Source: the human T2T-CHM13v2.0 reference genome, Homo sapiens
Assembly: GCF_009914755.1 (NCBI RefSeq)
Contig: NC_060929.1
Direction: 5' to 3' (one strand)
DNA: 64,000 bases
A program made the position numbers and the translations under genes. Each line of letters begins with the position of its first letter. Within the stretch, counting starts at the first letter, position 1. The notes under the pieces are model-generated. The model was not told the origin of the DNA. It saw only the letters and a program-made list of their open reading frames with translations, and did not search any database. Shown piece after piece: positions 1-15,395 of this stretch.

Positions 1-786
1 TCCAGGTGTGAGCTGTTAGGGCGGCACCTGTAGCAGGCGGGGTGTAGCCACCCCTGAGGGTAAGGGACATCCTATGTGACAATGGGGACGGTGGGAGGCA
101 CTAGTTAGGCTGCAGGCAGGTTCAGCCCTTGTAGGCAGCCCAGCACTTTTCCTGCCACAGAGTTCACTGACCCAGCTGAAAGGTGCGAGCGTCCTTCCTG
201 TCCACACGCAGCCACGTGCTACGATGCAGCAGTAGCAGTGTCCCCATGTGCTGCCAGGCACAAAGCCCTCGGTGTGGGGTGTGCCCTCAGGCAGTTCGGG
301 GCAGGGCTGCAGGTGGGGCTGGCGGGAGTGACGCTTGTCTTATCACAGGTCACTGCCTGGAAGGGGTGCTGCCATCCTATCACAGGTCATGCTGAGGGCA
401 TTGGCATTTACTCCAAGCACCAGGATAACCCTGGGGTTTCCTTGGGCTGTGGCCTGATCTGTTGGTATCTAGAAGAATCCTTTAGGCCACAGAGCGACGA
501 AAGATGCTTGGACTGAGGACCAGGACCCACCAAGATCTGGGATGGGGCTTGGAAGAGGCTCTTGGGTTGGGCAGTGGCAGTGGTCAGGCAGTGTGGTTGG
601 AGTCTGGACATGTGGGGAGCCCACAAGAATGCTGAAAGGCAGGTGAGGGGCTGGGGGAGAGCGGTGCAGGATGGCACGGAGGTCCAGCCTGAGCAAGTGG
701 GCACGACATAAGGTGCCACAACCTGCCACAGGGGACCCTGCAGGAGTGCAGACGTGGGTGAGGGTCACCACTGCACCCAACACTGT

Positions 787-973
787 GTGGGAGCCCAGGG
801 AAGGGGAAACAGATCACACCCAGCACACCTGCGTGGGAGCCTGGGGAGGGGGACAGGTCACACCCAGCACACCTGCGTGGGAGCCTGGGGAGGGGGGACA
901 GGTCACACCCAGCACACCTGCGTGGGAGCCTGGGGAGGGCGACAGGTCACACCCAGCACACCTGCATGGGAGC
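787..973. repeat. 44-46 bp minisatellite, ~4 copies, downstream of the poly(A) site
   Basis: gtgggagcctggggagggggacaggtcacacccagcacacctgc starts at 787, 833, 877, 922 and 966. Confidence 0.9.
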
Positions 974-1191
974 GTAGTGGATGTGTTATCTCTAACGTCT
1001 AGGCTTTAGGGGAGGCCGGAAGGAGAGATGGGCCAAGAGGCATCAGGTGAGGAAGCTTTGCTGTGGGTGGGCTGGGGTGGGGCAGAAGCTGACCTCGGGG
1101 TGTGAGCAGGTGAGCTGGGCCTGTGTAAATGGATGGGGCCCAGCGGAAACGAGACAAGGAGGCTGAGGCAGTTTTTCCATTGTGGATGTCT

Positions 1192-1197
1192 TTTATT
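1192..1197 (-). terminator. Distal poly(A) signal AATAAA
   Basis: TTTATT on +. A U/GU-rich tract (uugucucguuu) lies ~40 nt downstream on the transcript, and the position fits a ~3.9 kb mRNA. Confidence 0.85.
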
Positions 1198-1273
1198 GTG
1201 CTTAGGGACCCACACGATGCTGAATAGAGATTGGTCAACAGACACGGACAACACCTGGGTTGCTACACGGAGC

Positions 1274-1486
1274 CCCTCCCCAGAAGGCGATGGGGAAGCC
1301 GCTCTCTGTGCTGACTGCAGCAGCCAGAAGGCGATGGGGAAGCTGTCCTCTGTGTCCCTCCCCAGAAGGCAATGGGGAAGCCGCTCTCTGTGCTGACTGC
1401 AGCGGCCAGAAGGCGATGGGGAAGCCGTCCTCTGTGTCCCTCCCCAGAAGGCAATGGGGAAGCCATCCTCTGTGCTAACTGCAGCT
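1274..1486. repeat. 82-bp two-subunit tandem repeat, ~2.6 copies, in the distal 3'UTR
   Basis: ccctccccagaagg at 1274, 1356 and 1438; ccagaaggc(g/a)atggggaagc occurs twice per unit. Confidence 0.9.
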
Positions 1487-1960
1487 GCCTGGCAGTTCAC
1501 AGGCTGACGGCTCCCACCGAGCATTACACTCCAGTCCCTGGAGCCCACGTCCACTTGCAGGGGACAGCCATGACTGGCCCTGCACGGCCCCTGCCCTCGG
1601 GCAGCACGTAGGCAGGCCCACCGACTTGAGGCATGAATTCAAACTATGGCATCCACTTTCCTGTCAGTGGCAGAGGGCAGTGTGCCATGGAAAGCAGCTT
1701 TTGGCCAACATCCTTCACTCAGTATTGCTAATTATTCTTGTAAACAAAAACTGCAATATCAGCAAGCAGGCTCGCGGATACTGCATTCTTGAATTTGTTT
1801 TGATTCACAGGTAAATATGATTTTAAAAAGCCATTCGCAAACATAAAAACTGTTGTTATTGATGTGGCACGCACCTGAGAGAAATAAAATTCCAGTGGGG
1901 TCCCTTCCTGGAGGTCACGGCTCAAGGCCAGGCAGAGTGTGGTCTGCAGGCTGCCTGCAT

Positions 1961-2363
1961 GGGGGCCCTGCATGCGTCCTGGGGTAGTACACGCTCCTGT
2001 GGGGGCCCTGCATGCATCCTGGGGTAGTACACGCTCCTGTGGGGGCCCTGCATGCGTCCTGGGGTAGTACACGCTCCTGTGGGGGCCCTGCATGCGTCCG
2101 GTCCGGGGATAGGACACGCTCCTGTGGGGGCCCTGCATGCGTCCTGGGGTAGTACACGCTCCAGTGGGGGCCCTGCATGCGTCCTGGGGTAGTACACGCT
2201 CCTGTGGGGGCCCTGCATGCGTTCTGGGGTAGTACACGCTCCTGTGGGGGCCCTGCATGCGTCCAGGGATAGGACATGCTCCTGTGGGGGCCCTGCATGC
2301 GTCCGGGGATAGGACACGCTCCTGTGGGGGCCCTGCATGCGTCCGGGGATAGGACACGCTCCT
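1961..2363. repeat. DAT1 3'UTR 40-bp VNTR, 10-repeat allele
   Basis: Units start at 1961, 2001, 2041, 2081 (45-bp variant), 2126, 2166, 2206, 2246, 2286 and 2326. Confidence 0.97.
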
Positions 2364-2437
2364 CTCAGGCCGTTCCCTACACCGCAAGGACCCACAGGCT
2401 GCCTGAGTGGCAGTAGCCTGAGCTGGTTTCAAGGAGT

Positions 2438-2443
2438 TTTATT
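2438..2443 (-). terminator. Candidate proximal poly(A) signal AATAAA upstream of the 40-bp VNTR
   Basis: TTTATT at 2438-2443. Usage cannot be shown from sequence alone. Confidence 0.4.
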
Positions 2444-3112
2444 TCTCTCTGCTGCAAGAACATAAACAGAATTTCCTGGTGAGACATACCAGGACCCCCA
2501 TCCTCCAATGCCTCTGAACAGACTGTGTGTGCAATGTGTCAACTGAACGCTCAATTTACGGCCTCTGCTGGGAGCCACGCATCGGGAAAGGACTTTGCAT
2601 GAATTTGTGGTTTCCTCCATTTCACCTTCTGCACAGCTAAACCAAGCAGGACACTTGGCTTTTTAATATGGGCAAAGTAAATGGTCTAGGAAGCTACTGT
2701 GAGCACGGGGATTCTCAGCAGGTGCGTCTACAAGGATCGTGATCCCCGCCTGAGAACACAGTGCCCCTGGGGCAGCCTCAGAGCCGGGAGCAGGGAGCAG
2801 GGAGGGAGGGAGCCTCACACAGACAGCATGAAGTTAGACGTTTTTCTGCCCTGCAGGGACAACAACGGGGTGGACCTCGCTGCACAGATCTACGTCGTTA
2901 TTACAGCAACACAAGACACGGCGAGGTGCGCTCCCGGCACGGAAAGGTGTAAACAGTCAGAAGAGAGGAGTCTTCTGCTTTGTTGTTTGTGTTTTCAGTA
3001 GAGGTTGAAGAGTAGAAGTTGCCCTCCTTTCTCTCGAAACTTAGATTTCCTTGGTTTGTTCGTGTCTCTCCCATTGCAGGATGACTTCCTGGGGTCTTCG
3101 TCTCTGCTCCCT

Positions 3113-3136
3113 CTACACCTTGAGCCAGTGGCGGAG
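3113..3136 (-). CDS. SLC6A3: Exon 15 coding part (24 nt; LRHWLKV*, PDZ-binding C-terminus)
   Basis: ttttctttccag|CTCCGCCACTGGCTCAAGGTGTAG. Exon lengths sum to 1863 nt. Confidence 0.98.
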   Translation of the reverse strand, partial: LRHWLKV

Positions 3137-5439
3137 CTGGAAAGAAAACAGGTTTAGTCAGAAACCCTGGGGCGATGCCCCATTTAAGAGCAGCTGAAGG
3201 TGGCTAAGAGCAGCTGAAGGCAGTGAGCAGACAGTTTGCAGCCTCCTGGCCATGTGCCCTGGGAGAAGGGGAGGCTCACTGGGGGCCTGGACCAACACAC
3301 CCTTGACAGGTGCCGGGGATCCGATGCCTCACTCAAACTCCTACAAATCAATCATTACTTGATTTTTTAAAAAGCCGCGAGACTGTGGTTGGCGTGGTGG
3401 CCATGGTGGCCTCTGGGGCGTATTGATCAGATGCTGAGTCTGAGAGATGCCGGGCACCCTCAGTCCGGGGCTGGTTCCAGATTGTACCCCAGCGACTTGG
3501 GTGTGACGTGGTGATGTCACCTCTCCCCCACGTCCCTCCACCTTCCTGGGGGCCTCAGATGCTCCATCTGAGTGACACGCTACCTCTGCAGCTCCATCTT
3601 GCTCTCTGCGACCCGCGCGGGCGCAAGTGCAGCGTGTACTGACTGCTCAGGGACTGATGAGATAGACAAGAGCAGCTATTTACACCACCAGCAAATGTCA
3701 TCGCCTGCTATTATGCAGCTGTTAGTTCAGCCTGTTTGTGAGCGTCAAAGCCCCTCGATAGCACTAAATGGCAAGAAGTGTGCTTCATAAACATTTCCAA
3801 ACAGGGGCATGCGGGGCTTGCTTCTGACAAAACCACGCCGGCCATGGAAAGCCACTGAAGCTACCACTGGCCACACCACAGGCTCCTCTGGCCACTCCAC
3901 CAAGAGCCTGCAGGGACCTCCTCAGCCAGGGTGGGATCACACTGCAGGCCAGGGGTCTACCGGGGGCCTGGAGCAGCCACAGCTGATGCCGGCACAGGCA
4001 GCATCCAGGTGCAGCTCGGGGCTCAGTGAAGGAAGCTGGGGTCAGGGAGCCCGGCCAGGACCCACAGCCACGGGTGGCCCAGCGGCCAGAGCCCTAGAGC
4101 AGAGGCTCTGGGTGGCAGCCCCACTTCAGGCCAGCGATGAAGAAGCCATGCTTGGGACTTCAGCTGTGAGTCCTGTTCCCCCCAGGGTGAAGCAGTTCTC
4201 TGTCCTGCCCGCTGACAGAAGCAGAAGGTCCCCTCTGGAGGGAGGTGTGCTTGGGGGCTCCCAGATTCCCACAGATTAAGATCAAGCCATAAATGTAAAA
4301 TAAAGACTAGAAACAGAAGACAGCAGCCCACTCTAAGTGAGTCCCCAGAAACCAGACCTCAATTTGACCCCAAAGGACCAGAGCTGTTGCAACAGATTAC
4401 AGGATGGCCACATAGGGGACTCTCAGAAAAGTGACACACGCACATCACAGTGATGAGAATTTCACAAGAAACAGCAGAGCACACGCAGCTTCCAGAGATG
4501 AAGTAGAAAAGAGAATGGCTGGGCTGCAGACCAGGGGCAGGGCAGTGGAATGCGGAGCGTCCATAGCTGAGCTGTGGTTTGTTCACGTGACGGACGGTCA
4601 GGGACCAGTCACGGTAGGTGAAACGTAGCTATGGATACAAACATTTCTGACCTAGATGGAATAATAGGGATCGAATTTACCCTACTGTCCGAAACAAGCC
4701 CCAAATAAACAAAACACACGTGCCGATGACCTTCCAGACCATGGACACCAGACCGTAAGGGTCAGTGGTCCCTGAGGGAAGCCAACAAGGAGGCCCCCCT
4801 GCCACCCTGCTCGCTGCCTCGAGGGAGTTTCTAGATTGCAGCACAGGGAGGGTGCAGCCTGGTGGACTCCCTGAGCTGAGACGCTGGAAAGGAGAGCGAG
4901 GGAAACGGAGGTGGCTGCAGTTTGCAGGCCAGAGCGCCAGAGAGGAGGTGGCCACACAGAGAGAAGACCCGGGACAATGGCCCAGGACCCCTGCTGAGGG
5001 TTCAGACGAGCACATCCCGCTGTGAATGAGGAGGCTGGGGAGAGATCCGCCGACAGGACCAGAGGGAACCACCTCTGATGCCCACACAGGGCTGGGCACG
5101 GTGCCTGTTCCCCCAGCCAGGAGAATGTCATGATTCTCGGGGATCTGCATGGGGTGTGCATAAGGTCTTGCTTCAGTAGGGGTTGGTTAGGGCTACACCA
5201 AATGCTGAAGCCAAATAATACACTTTTTAGGAAGCTAGAAATATCTAGAGATGCAACAAATGAAATTGTAAGAAGGGCAAGGGAAAGATCAAGCTAGACG
5301 CAGATACAGAATGGGTGAGGGGCAGGCAGTTTCCACAGTGCCTAGTTTTCCTGCTGTGGGCTCACAAGGGTCTGTTTGTTACGGTGACAAATTAATAATT
5401 TAAAAATGGCCACATGTGGATTAATGATAAGATGCGTTA

Positions 5440-6096
<657 letters not shown>

Positions 6097-6199
6097 TTAG
6101 CAAGAGACCTCCTCAAAGGAATGTCTGAAGGATGCTTTTTGAAAAGCAAGAAAATGGTCCTAGAAGAAAAGAAGTCTATAACAAAAGTATGGGAACCAA

Positions 6200-7945
<1,746 letters not shown>

Positions 7946-9248
7946 TGTAAGACCCCCAGGTATAGGACTCTCAGAGGAGAGAGGCTCTGGTGGAGCAGGA
8001 CCGGAGGCCCAGTGGGGAGGGGCTGGCATCCTCTGGATGGATGGGATGGGATGCCTGGACACGCCTCCTGTGTTTGGAGCAGGCAAGTCACTGGGAGGAC
8101 AGAGGAAAGGGTGCCAACGGAGGGAGGCAGAGCCCACACCAGAACCTGACTTGCAGGTAGGAGGAACAAGCTGTGCAGATGTGTGCTCAGAGGCGGCTTC
8201 TCCCCACTGCCTCCCGGCCTGTTCCCTGCTCAGCGTCTTGTTCTGCCTGACGTCACCACCCACCTCCCAGGCACGCAGAGCCCCCTCCCTCTGCCTGTAT
8301 CCTTGCTCCTGCCCCATGTGCAGGTCCATGCTGGGCTCCTCAGGCATGAGCTCATGAGACCCCTGCTGGGAGGACTGTTTACGAGAACCAGCCACAGAGA
8401 GGTGGCCAGAGGGAAGAGGCAGGTCCGAGGTGGGGCCGCGGTGCCCTCCACACTATGGCCTTCTCTCCCTTTTGCTGTGCATTGGACTCTGCTGTCGGCA
8501 TTAGGCTGACATTAGTGTATGGAATCAGGTCGGGGCTGAGGCCACTCTGGGGTGGAGGAGGACAGTGCCACAGGCCCAGGGCACAGCCCAGGCTCCTCTC
8601 CTGCTGGCCAGCTCTGTGATCTTGGGCACATTCCGGGGCCTCTCTGGGTCTCAGGGACCCTGGTGTAGAGAGAGTGCTGGGCTGCCTCTTAGGGTTGTGG
8701 GAGTAAAAACACGTCAAGTGTTTACTGTGTGCCCCCGGGAATGCACCTGCTCCACGGCATGTCATGAACATGTTCGCACACAGCTGGATGGCTCCCAGGG
8801 TGCAGGAAACACCTGGCGTGACCATCCTCTCACTCGAAGCCAGCCCCAGGCTCCCAGGCCTCTCCCAGCCCCTCCAGGGCTCCCTGTGGCTTCCCATGGC
8901 CAGGCCCAGGCCTCCCCTCCTGGCACTGTCCCTTGTGCCCCCGTGAGGCGGGGGGTGGTGGTCCCTTGCTGGTCCTTAACCTGGCTCAGCTGGCCCCACA
9001 GGGCACTGCTCCCGTGGTCTGGGACATGCCCAGGTCTTTGCAGGGACCATGCTTTCCTCAGGCGTCTGTGCAGCCGCACCTCCCAGGGCCCCTGCGTCAT
9101 GTGCCCCCCGTCCCGGGCACACGTCTCCACTGTCACCTGCCACCACTGGCTGCCTGTCCTCATAGAGCACATGCTGGCTGAGTAAATGAGCACCATCTAC
9201 ACCAGCCTCGGAGCCCCCTGGGGGCTAAGAACACTGAGCTTGGGATCA

Positions 9249-9431
<183 letters not shown>

Positions 9432-10899
9432 TCACACTGCCAGGACCCTCACCTACCAGCACCCTCACCACCAGCCCTCCTCACCTGCCAATGCCCACCC
9501 GCTGGCATCCATATCACCAGCGCCCACCACTGACTTACACTGCCAGTGCCCATGCCGACCAGACAGCCAGTCAGGCCCGAAGCCAACATCCTGACGGTCC
9601 CCTTAAAGTCTAGCGCAGAGCAGAACATCAGCATTTGAGCACTCGCTTGAAAATAAAACGTGGTCCTGGAGATGGCTCTTGAGTCTAAGCTACCACGTGT
9701 GCTGGGCTCTGAGTAAGAAAGTGCCCACACCCAGGTGGGCTGCCTCGGGGCCACCTGCAGCTGACATATTCCGGGAGCACTTGCTTTTTGTCACCTGCAG
9801 CTCTTGGGAGAGTGAACGCTGAACGTGCCTTCCTTCCACTGCCCGCTGCGGCAGCTCCTGGGGCCTGGACAGCACCAAGTCCTCCCAGAGCAGGCAGCAT
9901 CTTCAGGAGCTCACCCTCTCGGGCCTGGATGCCTGTATCTGGATCTCTGAGGCCAGGTGACCTCTCACAGGGACCCCTGTGCGTGGCCCCACCCCACGTC
10001 ATCACCACAATTCCACTTGTACCTGGCTCAGCTGCTGAGGTTTTACTTGGCTTACGTTCAGAGTTTGGCCATGCGAGGGGTAAGGGCGCTGGCTGTTCAG
10101 GTCCGCCGGGCTGTAGGCATCCTCCAGCTCTGCGCTGACCTGGGCCCCGCCTCCCACGTCCATCCAGCCTCCCAGAGGAGCTCTCTCCCTGCAGAGACTG
10201 CCCGGCTGCCTGCTCTTCCCCTGTGCTGGGTCCTGGCAGGTCAGCCCGTGGGGGTCTGAGAGGGACTGTCCACAGCAGGGTGCCATCAGCTTTCCTGGGG
10301 CCATGGCAGCCCCAGAGCTCCTCCCACTCCACAGAAGCCCCCAGCCACACACTGTGCTTTGCCTGCACTGGGCCTTGGCCTGGCCAGGCTGCTGGAGAGA
10401 CTGGCTCAGTGCCAGCCTGAGAGCATCTGCCACATGTCTGAGCCCAGGGGACACCGTGTGGCCCTAAGGTGGAATCCTTGAACACAGCTGGTGCTGCTCT
10501 GGGGTTTTGATGCCCAGGGCCAAGCGACTTCTTTCTGAGAAAGGCTGGGATTTGAGGAAGCAGCTTCCGGGAGTTCCCAGTGGTGGGATCTCAGGTGAGG
10601 GCGACCCTCTTCCAAGGAGGGAGTGTCCTTGTCTCTTCCTGGAACCACAGAGCCAGGGTGTTAAACAGGGCCCTGTGACTGGTCCACCTGCCTTTCTTCT
10701 ACACAAAGGCGGCAAAACCAAGCAGAAGAAAGGAGATGCATATCAGTGACTCCGCAAAGCTTCCTCCACTGCCTGGGGCTCCAGCTGCCCCTGTTCAGCC
10801 AAAGTTGGGCTCGGCCCTGGGGGGACCTAGATCACCCCTGATTCTACCGCCCTCAGATGGCTTCTGTGTCCACCACACCACATACCATAGTGTGTAGGC

Positions 10900-11165
10900 A
10901 TGCATGCACTCAGTACACACAAACACTTGGACACGAATGTGAGCACAGACCCAGGCCCACACACACGTGCACACGGAGACAGCACATACAGACACAGAGA
11001 TACAGTGGATGTACACACAGGCACAAGCACACACAGACACATGCACACACAGACACACACAGACATGTGGACATACTTAAAGACACACACATGAATACAC
11101 ATATGGACGCACACCCATGGGCCCGGGCGTGCAGGTGGACACACACACGCACACACACACACAGT
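10900..11165. repeat. Degenerate (CA)n-rich tract, intron 13
   Basis: cacaca/gacac low-complexity run. Confidence 0.85.
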
Positions 11166-11300
11166 GTTGTGGTGGCCACCTCCAGTCTCCTCCTCTTGGT
11201 CACAGATGACCCAGGCAGGTGAGGACTGGGGCCATGGACACCCACGGAGCCTTTCTGGTGGCCTCACACTCGGGTGAAGGCGCCCCGTCCAAATACCCAC

Positions 11301-11468
11301 CTCTCGAAAGGACCCAGGCAGGCTGCAGAACTTGTAGGCCGCATAGATGGGCACCATGGCCATGGAGGATGTGGCGATGACCCAGCCCAGCGCGTTGGCC
11401 CAGTCGGGGAAGATGTAGGCTCCGTAGTGGGGGGGTCTGAAGGTCACAATGCTGACCACGACCACGAA
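11301..11468 (-). CDS. SLC6A3: Exon 13 (168 nt; TM12)
   Basis: [56 protein letters not shown]; cag|...|gtgggt. Confidence 0.99.
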
Positions 11469-11660
11469 CTGCAACCAGCAGATACGGAGGTCAGGCAGCT
11501 CTCAGCCGGCGGTGCCAGGACAAAGCAGGGAGCGGGCAGGCACTTCATGGCAGAGCGTCTCTCAGCCCCCACAGCTGTGCAGGTGCAGACCCCGGCCAGG
11601 CCTGCAGACATGGCAGCTGGGCATCCCGGGCAAGCCATGTCCTCCTGAAGCATGATCTAG

Positions 11661-11950
11661 CCTGTCCTGTCCTATCCTGTTCTCTCCCCTCCCCTCCCCT
11701 CCCATCCCATCCTGTTCCATCACCTCTCCTCCCCTCCCCTCCCATCCTGTTCTGTCCCCTCCCCTCCCCTCCCATCCTGTTCCATCCCCTCTCCTCCCTT
11801 CCCCTCCCATCCCATCCTGTTCTATCCCCTCTCCACCCCTCCCCTCCCATCCCATCCCATCATGTTCTATTCCATCCCATCCTGTTCTATTACATCACAT
11901 CCGGCTCTATCCCATCCCATCTCATCCCATCCCATCCCTTCCTGCTGTAT
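11661..11950. repeat. (CCCCT/CCCAT)n pyrimidine-rich repeat, intron 12
   Basis: Pentamer periodicity with recurring catcctgtt. Confidence 0.85.
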
Positions 11951-14269
11951 CCCACCTTGTTCTATTCCTTGCTTGAAATCACAACAAAAACAAAACTGAC
12001 CACCACCCAGTACACTGAATCTATGATCATCCATGGCCTGAAGACACAACTGTGACCCATGCGGGACCACCCTAGGGCCATCTGAGCTCCGTATCTCTAC
12101 TCATTCTAGAAGCAAATCTGATAAAGTCACAGACCTGTCTCAGAACCACCACCACAAAGGTAACAGAGGGTGGGGTGGATGCCACTTGGAGGGGAAGCTT
12201 CCCACTCTCCAGAGGCTTCTCCTGAGGCAGCTCATGCATTTGTTCATCCACTCCACAAACATGCACCACCATCTAAAAAGATCCTCCATGTGCCTACATA
12301 TGCACCTCACACCTGAATGTGTTCTGTGCACCCACATGTGTACTGCACGCCTACATATGTGTTCTGTGTACCTGGGTCCTTCCCAAGGACACAAGTGAAG
12401 CTCTGATAGATATGGTTTATGATGTAGCTTAAAATGCAATTTTTTCCCAATTGTCCACTTTTCCTCAATTTCAGAAAAGTTAAAACATCCAAGCCTTCCA
12501 CCTGAAAAGCATGTTGGACGCGTGTCTCATGCCAGTCTCAGCATCTTCTTCATGCGCTACTTCGGGCCACTTGTAGGTTTGGAGCCGGCTAGCGGAGGAC
12601 TGGGATGGGGGCTGGGGTTGTGTCTGTCACGTGACCAGAGCCAGGGTGAGCAGCACTTTGGCGAGCAAAGCCAGTGGCCTGCAGCATCTGGGATCAGGGG
12701 CGGCTGCCTTGGCTGCACAGAGAGCCCTGAGCATGCTTTAAAGAGCCACGCGTGCATCCCTGGACATGTCGGGCTTGCCTATCTGACATGGAGGTATTGC
12801 TGTAATGTGCTCTCTGTTATTGTTCAACTTCTTGCTAGATACCACCTTTCTTAGAAAGAACTATGCCTCCCCAGGCCACAGTCTGCCCATGTAAGTTGCC
12901 TTTGCTCCGGCATAATTTCCCTTTAGCAGTGCTGTGGCATCATCTGCCACAGAGTCATCTGAACGAGACTGGGGCGTGTACACCCCTTACGACCAGAGGT
13001 TAGCACACGCCAGAGGGCAGGGGACTATGCCGCAGCCTGAAGAAACAGATGATAACACAGACGTTATGTTTCTGCTGAAATCAGAACTTCATAGGAATTG
13101 TGCTGTCATATTAAATACAAAATGACATAGAGCAATGAAATTGTCATGTTTCTCTCAACTTGGCAAAATGAAGTCCTGTTTCGTATAGTTTGTAGTTTTA
13201 TCTAAAAGTCTACGAAGTGTGTTTCTGTATGAAGTTCGAAGATTTAGTCTAAGATCAGTAGAACATTTTATCTCCTAAGATCGAGGTCAGCCCTCTGGGT
13301 GTTAAGAGGAGACACCCCCTCAAGGGGAGCCAACGTCCTCATGCAAAACAGCTCAGTTTCAACTAATGGCGGGGGAGAGCGGGAGGTGGGCAGGAGGCTG
13401 ACTTTCTGGGAGGGCTTCCTCACTTTCCCCTCTGAACAGCCATGTAGTCTGTGTGCTATTAAAAGCCCGCCCCATGAATCCAGGAACCTTCAACGGGAGC
13501 CTTCACAAGCGCAGTTAACTGGACTTGGAACACTTACGTGCAGCCACACCACGCGGCCTGGAGCTCAGACACGGTGGAATTTCTACAAGATGCCGGGCAG
13601 GTTCTCTCACACTATGTTGAGCTCCTCCGGGATAGGGCCTGTCTCTCATCTCTTTCCTGTACCCCGGAACCCCTCTGCTGGCAACTACGGGGCTGTCCCA
13701 CCTGCTGTGTGCAGGTGACGAGGGGTCTCCACGCACGCGGGCCCTGCTGACTCCGGGACCAGCCCTTGGTCCATGAGAGGGTGCGGCCTGAGTCCCCTGC
13801 CCTGTTCCAGTCCCCACCTCGTGCCTGCTGGACTCGGGAGGTGCTTCTCTACGTGAGCAGCTCACGGGACACTCTGCTTAGACTTGGACAGCTCTTAGGT
13901 TGCCTGCCCAGATCAGGCAGCACAGCTTTGCTTTGTGAGCCTCCAGGCCTCTGTGGTTCAGTGGGGGAAGCACTGCAGGCAATCCCTAATGAAAGTGTGC
14001 GGCCACCTTCCAACAAAACTCTATTTACAAACACCAGCGTCCGACGGCCTTGCCCGGTGGGCCCTGACTCGGTGGCGGATGACAGAAGCAAGTGCCTACT
14101 GGACACAGTGATGCTGCTGAGCCAGAGGGAGGCTTGCGTGAGCAACGGGACAGGGCCGAGGCCCCTGCTGCTCTCATCCAGCACTCGGCATCCTTTGTCC
14201 CCACTGCCCCGGAAGCTCTAACTTCGACCTTGATCCTCACAGGCAGAGGTGAGTGGACAGCCCGACTCA

Positions 14270-14764
<495 letters not shown>

Positions 14765-15004
14765 CTACCGGCCCCAGGCTTCGGCTGCACCCAGCCTCCT
14801 GCAGAGGAGGCCAGGCCACACCCCAGCCCACTGGGTGCCTCGCTGACGGGTGGGAGCCCACGTGCCTGCTCCACCCTGGAGATGCACCAGGAAGAGCCGT
14901 GCCCCGGTGGGTGCTCCCCGCGCCCCGGCAACAGCCCCTCGGGTCCTCCTCCCCATCCCATGGCTCTCCCTGTCTCCCTCTGCTGCTGGTACTTCTTGTT
15001 CACT

Positions 15005-15395
15005 TAAAAAGATTATGGTAAAATACACATAACATAAAACTTACCATTTTAGCCATTTTTACGTGTAGAGTTCATAATGTATCAATACATTCACATACTG
15101 TGTAACCGTCACCACCGTCCATCTTCAGAACTCCATCCTCCAAAATGAAATTCTGCCCTCATGAAACGCCAACTCCTCCCGACCCCCAACCCCCGCCAGG
15201 CCCCAGCACCATCTGCTTTTTGTCTCAATGAATGTGACTCCTGTGGGAACCTCCCGTCAGTGGAGTCACGTGGCACGGGGCCTCTGCAACTGGTTTACTC
15301 CCTGTAGAGTGTCCCTGAGGCCACCTAAGCTGCGGCCCACATCAGCATTCCCTTTTGTTTTAAGGCCGAATCATATTCCGTCATGAGTATACCGT
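15005..15395 (-). mobile_element. L1MB-type 3' end fragment
   Basis: aaaatacacataacataaaacttaccatttta...aaggccgaatcatattcc resembles the antisense L1MB 3'UTR. Confidence 0.7.

Larger units (their letters stand above)
1168..3112 (-). other. SLC6A3: 3'UTR of exon 15 (~1.95 kb)
   Basis: Runs from the stop codon to ~25 nt past the AATAAA at 1197-1192 and contains the 40-bp VNTR. Confidence 0.9.

Noticed and set aside
1728-2432. Repetitive ORFs in the 3'UTR
   Set aside because: Translations of the 40-bp VNTR, with no coding evidence.
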